Of a DNA stretch of 64,000 nucleotides, positions 38,205-47,374 are shown in pieces. The translations under genes were made by a program, and so were the position numbers. Within the stretch, counting starts at the first letter, position 1, and each line of letters begins with the position of its first letter. The notes beneath the pieces were generated by a model. That model was not told the origin of the DNA. It ran no database searches and was given only the letters and a program-made list of their open reading frames with translations. The stretch comes from Bordetella parapertussis (GTDB lineage: Bacteria > Pseudomonadota > Gammaproteobacteria > Burkholderiales > JACQAP01). The stretch spans positions 17,732-81,731 of the forward strand of contig CAMDKM010000007.1 in assembly GCA_945900965.1 (NCBI GenBank). Direction: 5' to 3'.

Positions 38205-39872
38205 ATGACCAACCCTCCCGTCACCCCGCGCCCTGCGGCGACATTAATCCTGGTGCGAGACGCATCGCATGGCCTGGAGGTGTTGCTCGCCAAGCGCACC
38301 CATCTGGCCGATTTTGCAGGCGGGGCATACGTGTTTCCTGGCGGGGCCGTAGATAATGCCGACGCCGCGCCGGAACTGGCCACGCTAGCTTCGGGACTGG
38401 ACGATGCGGAAGCCAGCCGGCGTCTGGGCATCGAACGCGGCGGCATTGGTTATTGGATCGCGGCGATTCGGGAATGTTTCGAAGAAGCCGGGTTGTTGTT
38501 TGCGCATGCGCACGATAACGAGTTGATCGATATCGACGGGCATGCAGCGCCCAGCTTTGCCTCGGCGCGCAAGGCGCTGGTAGGGGGTGAAGCATCGCTG
38601 TTGCAGCTTCTGCAATCCCATAACCTGCGTCTTGCCACGGACCGGCTGCATTATTTTAGCCACTGGATCACGCAAGCAGGCCGGCCGCGCCGCTACGACA
38701 CCCGCTTCTTTCTTGCCGAAGCCCCGGCCCGGCAAACACCCTCGCATGATGGCGAGGAACTGGTGAACCACCTTTGGATTCGACCGGCGGAAGCGCTGGA
38801 GCGCGGCCATGAAGGGGAATTGAATCTGATGTTTCCGACCATGAAAACGCTGGAAAGCATTGCGACAATGCGCGATGTGGCGGCGGCAATTGCGTTCGCC
38901 CGCTTGCCTCGCCCGATGCCGCCGATGGCGCCCCGGGTGGGCATCGGTCAGGGCGGAAAAAAGTTTCTGGTGCCTGGCGATTTCGCCTATGCGGAGCTTG
39001 GCAAGCTCGATCCGGAGCAAAAGGGCACCGCTTCATACGAAATTGTTCCCCGCACGGTCGTGCAGCTTTCCGATCGGGTAAGGCGAGTCACCGCGCCGAA
39101 CCCGGGAATGATGACCGGCCCCGGCACCAACACCTATCTGGTGGGTGATGCGTCAACGGGCGTCGCGGTGATTGATCCCGGGCCGGCCGATGCTGGCCAC
39201 GTTGCGCGCATCGTCGAGGCGGCGGCGGGCCCAATACGCTGGATCCTCTGCACGCACACCCATATGGATCATTCCCCGGGCGCGGCGCAGCTCAAGGAGC
39301 GAACGCAGGCGGCCACGTATGGAATGCTCGCCTTGCACAAGGCAGCGCAGGATCCTTCCTTCGTGCCCGATCACGCCATTGTCGAAGGCGAACGCCTTGC
39401 CATTGCAGGTGCGACGCTGCGGGTGTTGCACACACCGGGACACGCATCGAACCAGGTCTGCTATCTGCTCGAAGAAGAACGCATGCTCTTCACCGGCGAC
39501 CACATCATGCAGGGCTCGACCGTTGTCATCAATCCTCCCGATGGCGACATGTCCGCCTATTTCGCCTCTCTTGAACGGCTATACAGAGAAGACCTCGAAT
39601 GGCTCGCACCAGGCCACGGCTTCCTGATGGCCCGGCCACACGAGATGGTCGAGCGGCTGATCGTGCATCGGCGCACGCGCGAGAACAAAGTCGTGAACGC
39701 GCTGCGTAGTGCGGGCCGGGGCAATGTCGAGACACTCGTCACGACAGTCTATGACGACACTCCCGAAAGGCTGCACGCGATGGCGATGCGCTCTCTGCTG
39801 GCGCATTTGCAAAAGCTCGAATTGGATGGGCGGGCCAAGCGGGATCTGGGGATGTGGCAATTCGTGGAATAA
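38205..39872 (+). CDS. NUDIX hydrolase - MBL-fold hydrolase fusion
   Basis: FPGG...AAIRECFEEAG Nudix box; THTHMDHSPG, HTPGHASN, FTGDH. Confidence 0.9.
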   Translation: MTNPPVTPRPAATLILVRDASHGLEVLLAKRTHLADFAGGAYVFPGGAVDNADAAPELATLASGLDDAEASRRLGIERGGIGYWIAAIRECFEEAGLLFAHAHDNELIDIDGHAAPSFASARKALVGGEASLLQLLQSHNLRLATDRLHYFSHWITQAGRPRRYDTRFFLAEAPARQTPSHDGEELVNHLWIRPAEALERGHEGELNLMFPTMKTLESIATMRDVAAAIAFARLPRPMPPMAPRVGIGQGGKKFLVPGDFAYAELGKLDPEQKGTASYEIVPRTVVQLSDRVRRVTAPNPGMMTGPGTNTYLVGDASTGVAVIDPGPADAGHVARIVEAAAGPIRWILCTHTHMDHSPGAAQLKERTQAATYGMLALHKAAQDPSFVPDHAIVEGERLAIAGATLRVLHTPGHASNQVCYLLEEERMLFTGDHIMQGSTVVINPPDGDMSAYFASLERLYREDLEWLAPGHGFLMARPHEMVERLIVHRRTRENKVVNALRSAGRGNVETLVTTVYDDTPERLHAMAMRSLLAHLQKLELDGRAKRDLGMWQFVE

Positions 39873-39934
39873 ATCGGACCGGTATCGGCATCGATTCTCG
39901 CGGTCTTTTGGGCCGGCAAGTACGACGCCCTGCA

Positions 39935-40945
39935 CTAGACCGCAACCACCTTGGCCGCCCGGGCGCGCAACTGCCCGCAGCCGCCCTCGATATCCTGCCC
40001 CGCGGAATCGCGCAGCGTGGCCAGGATGCCGCGCTGACGAAGGCTGCGCACCAATGTCATGGCGCGATCCGGCGCCGGGCGCCGAAATTCCAGACCGCCA
40101 ACAGTGTTCCAGGGAATAAAGTTCATCACCGCGTATTTTCCGGCGAGTAATCCGGCGATGCGCTCCAGCTCTTCGTCGCCGTCGTTGATGCCTGCGAGCA
40201 GCGTCCATTGATACTGGATCGGGTAGTTCGTCGCGCGGGCATACTGCTCGCCCAGCTCCACCAGATCGGCAGGGTCGATGCCCGGTGCGCGAGGCAGCAG
40301 TTTCGCGCGCAATTGCGCATGAGTCGAATGCAGCGAAAGCGCCAGTGCCGGCTTCACGGCCGCACGCGGCAGCCGTTCGAATACCCGCGGATCACCGACC
40401 GTGGAGAAAACCAGATTCTTGTGACCGATCGCCCCATCGGTACCCAGCAGTTCGATGGCATCCAGCACATTGTCCAGATTATGGGCCGGCTCCCCCATAC
40501 CCATAAACTGGACTTTCCTGACCAGGCGCAGCCGTCGGGCGAGCACCACCTGCGCAACGATCTCCGCACTACCGAGGTGGCGCTTCAGCCCTTCGCGGCC
40601 AGTCATGCAAAAAACACAGCCCACGGCGCAGCCGACCTGAGTCGAAACACAGACGGCCTCGCGCGGCAGCAGTACGCTTTCCACGGTCTGACCGTCGGCC
40701 AGCCCGACCAACAGCCGCCCGGAACCATCTTCCCCGGTATGCGATGAACGAACACGGGCGATGCGCTCCAGCGCCAGTTCAATGTCCGGCAGCGCGGTGC
40801 GCAGAGGCAGCGGCAGAAAATTCTCAGGTCGTTGCCGGCCGCTGTCGAGCGGCAATGCCTGGGCCCAGGCGCGCAGTACGGACTGCTCGTGGCCGGGTTT
40901 GGCGCCGCGAGATTGCAAGAGCTGGCGGATGTCTTCAATTTGCAT
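39935..40945 (-). CDS. RlmN/Cfr-like radical SAM RNA methyltransferase
   Basis: CVSTQVGCAVGCVFC, MGMGEP, SLH, GGCGQL; start at ATG 40945. Confidence 0.9.
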   Translation of the reverse strand: MQIEDIRQLLQSRGAKPGHEQSVLRAWAQALPLDSGRQRPENFLPLPLRTALPDIELALERIARVRSSHTGEDGSGRLLVGLADGQTVESVLLPREAVCVSTQVGCAVGCVFCMTGREGLKRHLGSAEIVAQVVLARRLRLVRKVQFMGMGEPAHNLDNVLDAIELLGTDGAIGHKNLVFSTVGDPRVFERLPRAAVKPALALSLHSTHAQLRAKLLPRAPGIDPADLVELGEQYARATNYPIQYQWTLLAGINDGDEELERIAGLLAGKYAVMNFIPWNTVGGLEFRRPAPDRAMTLVRSLRQRGILATLRDSAGQDIEGGCGQLRARAAKVVAV

Positions 40946-42248
40946 GGGTGCGAACCGGCACAGGATTGACCCCGCACCAGCGAGCCATGAACAACGCCAG
41001 CACCGTGCACACCCGTTGCGCGCTTTCCAGGGATACCGACTCATCGATGCCGTGAATGTGCTGCGCCTCGGGGCCGTAACAGGTCGCTGGCGTGGACCCG
41101 TAAAGATTGAATACGCGAATGTCGGTGGTGCCTGACATATCCATCCACTGCGGTGGCGATCCGCAGACACGCTCGTGGCTCGCGCGCAGCACATCGATGG
41201 AGGGATGGGTGGTGTCCACAATACAGCCTTCCGATTGCAGGCCCGCGTAAGTGATGCGCACGATCACATCGGCAAGCTTGGGGTGTTCGCCTGCCGTTTG
41301 CCGCAACGCGGCCTCCACCGCTTCCTGCGCTTGCTTGACGCTCATGCCCGGGTAAAAGCCAATGCGGATATCCATCACGCAACGCGTCGCCACCGAGGAA
41401 TGCCATTCGCCGCCGCGGATCTTGCCCAGATTGAAATTGATCGGCCGTTCGTGATTGGCAAAAGCCGGATGGCGCTGCGCCGGCTCGTTCCACCGCGCTT
41501 CCAGGCGCTTCAAGCCCTGGTAAAGCGTGAAGGCTGCCTCGATGGCATTGATTCCGCGCTGGGCCTGAAATACATGCGCGGGCCGCCCCAACACCTCGAC
41601 GCTCAGCCAGAGCACGCCCACCTGGGCGCGCAGCACCGTTTCGTTGAAGGGTTCGGGAATGATGGCGGCATCGGCGCGGTAGCCTTGCGCCAGACACGCC
41701 AGCGCGCCGTTGCCCGTGCATTCCTCCTCGACCACGGACTGCAAATAAACCGGCGCGGCCGGTTCCAGCCCGAGCTGGCGCAGACTGCGAAAAGCCATGA
41801 CATAGGCGGCAATACCCGCCTTCATGTCCCCGGCCCCACGCCCATACAATCGCCCCTTGTCCACCCGCGGCTCGAATGGCGGTGTACTCCAGAGCTCTTC
41901 CGCGCCCACCGGCACCACGTCGATATGCCCATTCAGAATCAGGGAGCGCCCCGATCTTTTGGCCGGTTCGTGCACGCCCACCACGTTATCGTGACGGTCC
42001 CAGCGCCCCGTCACCGGCGCGTATCCCGGCATGTTCTCCAGCTTTCTTACGTCCACCGGGAAACGGTCGGTCTTCAGCCCCTGGCCTTGAAAAAGGCCCT
42101 CCATGAAATCCTGTGCGCTCGCCTCTTCCCCCATCAGGCTGGGAAACCGAACCAGGGTGGCCGTGAGCTCCGCCAGGGCTTTTGCGTTCGCGCTCACAGC
42201 CGCGATAATTTCGGCTTCCAGATTGGGATCTACTTTGGTGCCAGACAT
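40935..42248 (-). CDS. ArgE/DapE family deacylase (M20)
   Basis: NGHIDVVP, GRGAGDMKAG, EEECTGNG, HGIDE. Confidence 0.9.
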   Translation of the reverse strand: MSGTKVDPNLEAEIIAAVSANAKALAELTATLVRFPSLMGEEASAQDFMEGLFQGQGLKTDRFPVDVRKLENMPGYAPVTGRWDRHDNVVGVHEPAKRSGRSLILNGHIDVVPVGAEELWSTPPFEPRVDKGRLYGRGAGDMKAGIAAYVMAFRSLRQLGLEPAAPVYLQSVVEEECTGNGALACLAQGYRADAAIIPEPFNETVLRAQVGVLWLSVEVLGRPAHVFQAQRGINAIEAAFTLYQGLKRLEARWNEPAQRHPAFANHERPINFNLGKIRGGEWHSSVATRCVMDIRIGFYPGMSVKQAQEAVEAALRQTAGEHPKLADVIVRITYAGLQSEGCIVDTTHPSIDVLRASHERVCGSPPQWMDMSGTTDIRVFNLYGSTPATCYGPEAQHIHGIDESVSLESAQRVCTVLALFMARWCGVNPVPVRTHAN

Positions 42249-42319
42249 TGGCGCCCCCAGGAAATAAGTGAGCGGTAGATTAACTTGAATTGCGGTGATC
42301 GGCGTGACGAAAATAAAAG

Positions 42320-42410
42320 GGGAGGACGTGAAGGGGAAGACGGTAACGTGTAACGGGTGACAAGTGACGAGCCCTCCCCGCCGTCTTATGGTCTCGTCCG
42401 CTTCCCCATT
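42320..42410. repeat. degenerate heptamer repeat remnant
   Basis: gtaacgt gtaacgg gtgacaa gtgacga period-7 units. Confidence 0.5.
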
Positions 42411-42427
42411 TCGCCCGAGATCAGTGC

Positions 42428-43171
42428 TTACAGCGGCTCGACCTTCCCGAGCTCGAAACCCTGCGCAAAGTCGATCTTGCAGCGGCGCAAATGATCCAAT
42501 ACCTGGCTATCTTCGACATATTCGGCGATGGTCTGCGCGCCCAGTTCGTGGCAGCGGCGGTTGATGTCGGTCACCTTTTCCGGGTCGATGGTATTGGCGT
42601 TGATTTTGACGAATTCCGGTTCCAACGTTTGAATTTCGGCCAGAGAGGTATCGTTGCCGTCGAAACCGGCTACGGCGAGGCTGCAACCGTGCGGTCGCAG
42701 GTCTTCCATGAGATGATGCAAGGATTCGCGATGAGAAATGGCACTTCCGTGCGAAACGTCGAACCCCAGCACTCCACCGGACAGGTAGGAATCGTCGGTA
42801 TACTTAAGAACGTAGTTGCCGAATTCCCGGTCGGCCAGCGTCTCATCAGACAAGTTCACAACATAGCGCGGCACATTCCAATGCGGATCGCTCAGCAAAC
42901 TGGCCCGCACATGCCGGGCCAGGCGGTTGACGACCCAGCGGTCGAGGTAAGGAAGCAAGCCGACCTCTCGTAGCACCGGCAGAAATGAACCAGGCGGCAA
43001 TAGCTGATCATCCTCTTCCTTGAAACGAACGAAAATTTCGTACAACGGCCGGTCATCGGCCTGAGACTCGACCGAGACGATCGGCTGCCCGTACAGCACG
43101 AATTCGTCCTCCTGCATCGCGGAAAACAAGCGTCCTGCAATATCCTCCTGGGATTCAGCTTCATTTGCCAT
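42428..43171 (-). CDS. stand-alone EAL-domain protein (degenerate)
   Basis: QPIV, YEIFVRF, LDRWVV, VNLS, IAEYVE, FAQGF; DDFG motif replaced by AGFDG. Confidence 0.85.
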   Translation of the reverse strand: MANEAESQEDIAGRLFSAMQEDEFVLYGQPIVSVESQADDRPLYEIFVRFKEEDDQLLPPGSFLPVLREVGLLPYLDRWVVNRLARHVRASLLSDPHWNVPRYVVNLSDETLADREFGNYVLKYTDDSYLSGGVLGFDVSHGSAISHRESLHHLMEDLRPHGCSLAVAGFDGNDTSLAEIQTLEPEFVKINANTIDPEKVTDINRRCHELGAQTIAEYVEDSQVLDHLRRCKIDFAQGFELGKVEPL

Positions 43172-43232
43172 AGGGTTGCTCCAGCAATTGGTGGTATTGC
43201 AATCCATTTAGTGTGTTTGGCCTTCCTGCGCC

Positions 43233-43346
43233 AGGGAAAACCTGAGTAAGTGTCTTCCCCGCGAAGGCGGGGAACCAGATGCCATTAAAATCCTGGATTC
43301 CCGTTTTCACGGGAATGACATTTGGAAAATTATTCAGTGTTTCCCG
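43233..43346 (+). mobile_element. ~113-bp MITE-like palindromic element, copy A
   Basis: Terminal IRs AGGGAAAACCTGAGTAA / TTATTCAGTGTTTCCC enclosing hairpins TTCCCCGCGAAGGCGGGGAA and ATTCCCGTTTTCACGGGAAT. Confidence 0.75.
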
Positions 43347-43411
43347 AGATTGACCGGACCTGGGCATTTAACGGCACAACAATGGGGAAAGTAAATGGCA
43401 GGGCGCAAAAA

Positions 43412-43500
43412 CCGGTGAACGGTGATCGGTGAACAGTGAACGGCAGAACTAAAGGGCCAGATTCTGTGACGAGAGACAGGTGACGAGTGACGGGTAAGGG
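43412..43500. repeat. heptamer arrays CGGTGAA-type and GTGACGA-type
   Basis: cggtgaa cggtgat cggtgaa cagtgaa; gtgacga gagacag gtgacga gtgacgg. Confidence 0.8.
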
Positions 43501-43524
43501 CAAAAACCTCCGGACAACGATCTA

Positions 43525-43639
43525 CGGAAACACCGAATTAATACCCAAACGTCATTCCCGTAACGACGGGAATTCAGGTTTTTCAAAGGCAACTGGTTCC
43601 CCGCTTTCGCGGGGAAGACACTTACTTCAGAGTTTCCCT
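43525..43639 (-). mobile_element. ~113-bp MITE-like palindromic element, copy B (inverted relative to A)
   Basis: Reverse complement aligns end-to-end with 43233-43346; terminus lies in CTAG overlapping the GIY-YIG stop. Confidence 0.75.
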
Positions 43640-43958
43640 AGCCCTGCCAAACGCCATAGCCCTCCTCCCGCAGGCCGACGGCGAGTTCTACCTCCATATC
43701 GCGTGCGGCGTCATAGGGCATCGGGTTGGCATAGGCGTAAAGCAGGGGCAGCAGGCGCAGGCCGAATTGCTCGACATAGCGGTTTGCCTTGATACCTTGC
43801 TTGTGTTTTTCAAAACGCAGCTCAGGCGCGAGGCCCGTCATGCCTACATAGACGCAGGGCTTGGTCGCGTCGTACTCGGGGTTGGCCTTGCGGAAGCGGG
43901 CTTCCTGCAACACTTCAGGGGAGAGTTCGACAACGTAAACGTTGTGGTGATAATTCAA
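43638..43958 (-). CDS. small GIY-YIG-like nuclease
   Basis: NVYVVEL...CVYVGMTG...RFEKH...ME pattern; TTG start at 43958 is inferred. Confidence 0.65.
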   Translation of the reverse strand: MNYHHNVYVVELSPEVLQEARFRKANPEYDATKPCVYVGMTGLAPELRFEKHKQGIKANRYVEQFGLRLLPLLYAYANPMPYDAARDMEVELAVGLREEGYGVWQG

Positions 43959-43962
43959 GGTC

Positions 43963-44012
43963 GTGAAGGGTGAAGGGTGAAGGGTGAAGGGTGAATGAGT
44001 GAAGGGTGAAAA
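43963..44012. repeat. GTGAAGG heptamer array
   Basis: GTGAAGG x4, GTGAATGA, GTGAAGG, GTGAAAA immediately upstream of the GIY-YIG-like ORF. Confidence 0.85.
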
Positions 44013-44085
44013 TCGCGGCGGGCGTAGCAAACTCCCCGGGGATTTCAACAAAACGGGATTTTCGTAGCCGCTACCCTCGCCCACA

Positions 44086-44913
44086 CTACAACGCCTTGAC
44101 TGGCGCGACCTGAAAACCCTGCACGAAATCGACTTTGGCGGCCCGCATTTTTTCGATAACTTCCTTGCTTTCCACATATTCTGCGATGGTCTTGATGCCC
44201 AGAACGCGGCAGCGACGCTGAATCTCCACCAGTTTCGCCGTATCCAAAGAAACGGAATTGAGCTTGATAAAATTCGGCGACAGTGCATGCAACGCGGTCA
44301 GGGATGGGATACTGCCATCGATCCCCGACAGGGTAAAAGTGCACCCATGGGGGCGCAGGTCCACCATCAGGCGGCGATAGGCGCTGGCACGCCGAAGTGC
44401 GACTTCCCAGCTCAGTTCGAACCCCAACGCGCCTTTCGACAAATATGAATTGCCCACGTACTGGCGCACATATTCCCCAAACCCGGCATCGTCCAATGTC
44501 TCTTCGGATAGATTGACGTTACAGCGCGGGACCTCCCATTTCGGCCAGACACGCAGCGAGCCTCTTACCCACCGCGCCAGACGGTTCACCACCCAACGGT
44601 CGAGCAGGGGCAGCATGTGGCACTCTTCGAGTATCGGAAAAAATGTTCCAGGCGGCAGGGACATCTCGTCTTCCTCGGAATACCGGACAAAAATCTCGAG
44701 GAACGGGCGTTCCTTGCGAGCGGTTCCGATCGGCATGATGGCCTGCCCGAAGAGGAGGAATTTATCCTGCTGCAGTGTCGATATTATCTGTGGCGAAATG
44801 TCGTTCCTTGGGTCGTCCGTAATCGCGAGAGGGCGATTTGCAGCAGGGCTGGGAAGTACACGGCGCAACCTGGGCACGCTTTTTGGTCTGGATATGATTT
44901 TCCCCAACATCAT
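44086..44913 (-). CDS. stand-alone EAL-domain protein (degenerate), paralogue of 42428-43171
   Basis: LEIFVRY, LDRWVVNRLAR, SYLSKGALGFE, DLRPHGC, IAEYVE, VQGF. Confidence 0.85.
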   Translation of the reverse strand: MMLGKIISRPKSVPRLRRVLPSPAANRPLAITDDPRNDISPQIISTLQQDKFLLFGQAIMPIGTARKERPFLEIFVRYSEEDEMSLPPGTFFPILEECHMLPLLDRWVVNRLARWVRGSLRVWPKWEVPRCNVNLSEETLDDAGFGEYVRQYVGNSYLSKGALGFELSWEVALRRASAYRRLMVDLRPHGCTFTLSGIDGSIPSLTALHALSPNFIKLNSVSLDTAKLVEIQRRCRVLGIKTIAEYVESKEVIEKMRAAKVDFVQGFQVAPVKAL

Positions 44914-45494
44914 TCATCCCCCCTAAGGATCGAGTACCGGCAGGTACGGACGAAACAATATTCCGGGACGGAACTTTTATCAATGAGCGACACAAAAAAA
45001 ACAGGACTTTTGCAATGTGTCGCCGATAGAAATGTCCGCATGCGACGACAAATGGAATGGATCAAATTGCGCGAGGCGTCAGGGGTGAGGAGAGAGGGAA
45101 GAACTTCAAGTGCGACGCGACTCACCATCGAAAGCGACGAGAGACAAAATAAAATAACGTGCCAGATCCGCGTCTATTCGGCTCGGGCTGAACGCCGGAT
45201 TGCAATTGGGTCAATCTGGCATAGCGCGGATTCGATGCCAAAAGCTGCGGGGGGTTCCCAAACCGAACAAAACCGCGGCAACAATTGAAATACCGTTGAC
45301 CAGGGAGCAGCCGGTCGCAATAACCAGCGCGGCGCCGAAAAAAATCATCCACCGCCAATAGCGGGTGGCGAACCGGGGTAACACACGCAAAGCACGCAGA
45401 CGCTGAATGCCCGAGACGGGCTGAGACAATGTGCCGTCAGGCGTGCGCGGGCGCCCTTTATTCGAATTGGCGCCTCACCCGGCGCCACTCGACT

Positions 45495-45878
45495 TCAGGG
45501 CTTGCGGGAAAAGCGGACGAGCCAATCGTCGGCCTGCCTCTGCCCTTCGGCAATTTCTTCTTCCTTCATCAAATGCGCCAAGCCGTCCCGATAACGCGAC
45601 GCGACCGACACGGCCGATTCCGAGGCGATGACAAACCATTTGTAAGCCGTGACATAGTCCACCGTCAGGCTGTTGCCATCGTAGTACATGCGACCAAGCA
45701 GGAATTGCGCTTCGCCATCGCCCTCTTCTGCTGCTTTCTCAAACCATGTGACGGCCCCATCGTAGTCGCGCGCGCGAAAGGCCTGAACGCCCTTGTAGAA
45801 CAGTTCGACATCCTCGGCGACGGCCAGGTCAGCCCCCAGCGACATCAACAGCAGCAGTGCGCTCAATAGAATTTTCAC
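45495..45878 (-). CDS. Sel1/TPR repeat exported protein
   Basis: Signal peptide; WFEKAAEEGDGEAQFLLGRMY. Confidence 0.85.
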   Translation of the reverse strand: MKILLSALLLLMSLGADLAVAEDVELFYKGVQAFRARDYDGAVTWFEKAAEEGDGEAQFLLGRMYYDGNSLTVDYVTAYKWFVIASESAVSVASRYRDGLAHLMKEEEIAEGQRQADDWLVRFSRKP

Positions 45879-46127
45879 GTCATCAATCCCTTTTCAGTCG
45901 TTTCCAGGTCGCGCCTCTCCAATGCGCGGCGAGAATTCAAAGGTATCACGCTCCGGTTCCGTGCGCAGCATCGCAAAAGACCCTTGCGAGCAGGCACACT
46001 TGCGAGCAGGCACAGTGTCCCGCAAGACCTACCTGTCGTACCATATGCCGTGGCTTGCGCTGGACCCTACCGACTAGTTGGTAATATCGGGACGCTAGAA
46101 CCGTTTTTTAACCATGGATGAGACCTC

Positions 46128-46679
46128 ATGAACAATGTATCGATCCGAAACAAATGTTCCTTCTCGGCGCCGAATGCACGAATTGCAATCCTCGTCGCGA
46201 GCCTGATGGCCGGCGCGACCGTCCTTCCGGGAAATTCCTTGGCGGCAGACGTTTTCAGGCCTGGCAACACCACCGGCTCGGTGGTTTTGGGAGCCGGCCG
46301 GGCGCTCGACCGCGATTACACGATTCTGGGCGCCACGCTGGGTTATATGGCCTCGGAGGGACTGATGTTGGGGATTAGCGCGAATATGTGGCTGGGCAAC
46401 GATCCGAGCATCTACAAAATTACCCCGGAAATTCGTTACCACTTTCCGCAGTTCGGCTCGGTGCGCCCCTACGCCGGCGCCTTCTTGTCACGCACGATTT
46501 ATGACGGCCCGCCGGATCGGAATACCTATGGCGCGCGCGGCGGTGTGTCTGTCCCGTTCAGCACCAACGCGGCATTCAACGCCGGACTGGTGTACGAAAA
46601 AGTTTCCGGTTGCGATACCGCAGTATTCCGCGACTGCGGCCAGTTGTACTCAGAGGCGAGCGTCATGTTTTCGTTCTGA
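46128..46679 (+). CDS. putative outer-membrane beta-barrel protein
   Basis: Signal peptide, alternating beta-strand pattern, RPYAGA, C-terminal Phe. Confidence 0.7.
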   Translation: MNNVSIRNKCSFSAPNARIAILVASLMAGATVLPGNSLAADVFRPGNTTGSVVLGAGRALDRDYTILGATLGYMASEGLMLGISANMWLGNDPSIYKITPEIRYHFPQFGSVRPYAGAFLSRTIYDGPPDRNTYGARGGVSVPFSTNAAFNAGLVYEKVSGCDTAVFRDCGQLYSEASVMFSF

Positions 46680-46710
46680 GACTCGCTGCGGTACCTGGCC
46701 GGAAGAGACG

Positions 46711-47349
46711 TCAGCCCATCAGCTCCCATCTTCCTGCCGCACCCCGGCAGGCTTTCTGGTGGCTGACGTCGGTCCGACCGCCCGTTCGCACCTCCAGCGA
46801 AAAATTCCGGCAGGGCTGCTCGTTCCTGTGAAACACCTGCAGCGGGGTAAGAATGTAAGTCGCCTGCGAGGTCTCATTGCGCCACGTGACCGGGCGCCCT
46901 CCCTCGGCCAATTCCAGTGCATGGCCCATACAAGCACGATCCTGTTCGTCCATCCGCCGGCCGATTTCGGCTCCGATCACTGCGCCAATCACGCTGCCGA
47001 GAAGAATTGCCACCCTGCGATCGCCATCGCTCCCAACTCGTGAGCCAACTACTCCGCCCACAACTCCGCCCAGCACCGCACCGATGGCTCGCCGGTCGCA
47101 GTCGCCATAAACGACACCATAGTCGCTGGGCCAGGGATTGCGGTCATAGTCCGAGTAACGCGTACTGCGGACTTCCCGTTCGCGCTCCCGGCGATGCTTC
47201 CTGCCATTATGGTCATCATCACGATCACGCTCATGTTTTTTTCGCCAGCCGTGAGCCGGCGCCCACTCGGGCGGATCGGCCATGGCGATGTCCTGCATAC
47301 CCATCGCCGCCAATATCAGGGCAACGATGTAATATTTTGTTGTGTTCAT
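46711..47349 (-). CDS. glycine-zipper / 17-kDa surface antigen (RT0821/Lpp0805) family protein
   Basis: PPEWAPAHGWR, GAVLGGVVGGVVGS, CRNF...ACR...W. Confidence 0.8.
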   Translation of the reverse strand: MNTTKYYIVALILAAMGMQDIAMADPPEWAPAHGWRKKHERDRDDDHNGRKHRREREREVRSTRYSDYDRNPWPSDYGVVYGDCDRRAIGAVLGGVVGGVVGSRVGSDGDRRVAILLGSVIGAVIGAEIGRRMDEQDRACMGHALELAEGGRPVTWRNETSQATYILTPLQVFHRNEQPCRNFSLEVRTGGRTDVSHQKACRGAAGRWELMG

Positions 47350-47374
47350 AATTCTCCAGTATTCAGAATAACCG

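Noticed and set aside
43959-44288. N-terminal half of the 216-aa ORF 43638-44288
   Set aside because: It overlaps the EAL gene and reads through the heptamer array (SPFTLHPSPF); only the last ~106 aa look like a protein.
45122-45429. Small membrane protein downstream of the Sel1 gene
   Set aside because: Hydrophobic stretches are split across frames with no clear start or family; this may be a remnant but cannot be supported.
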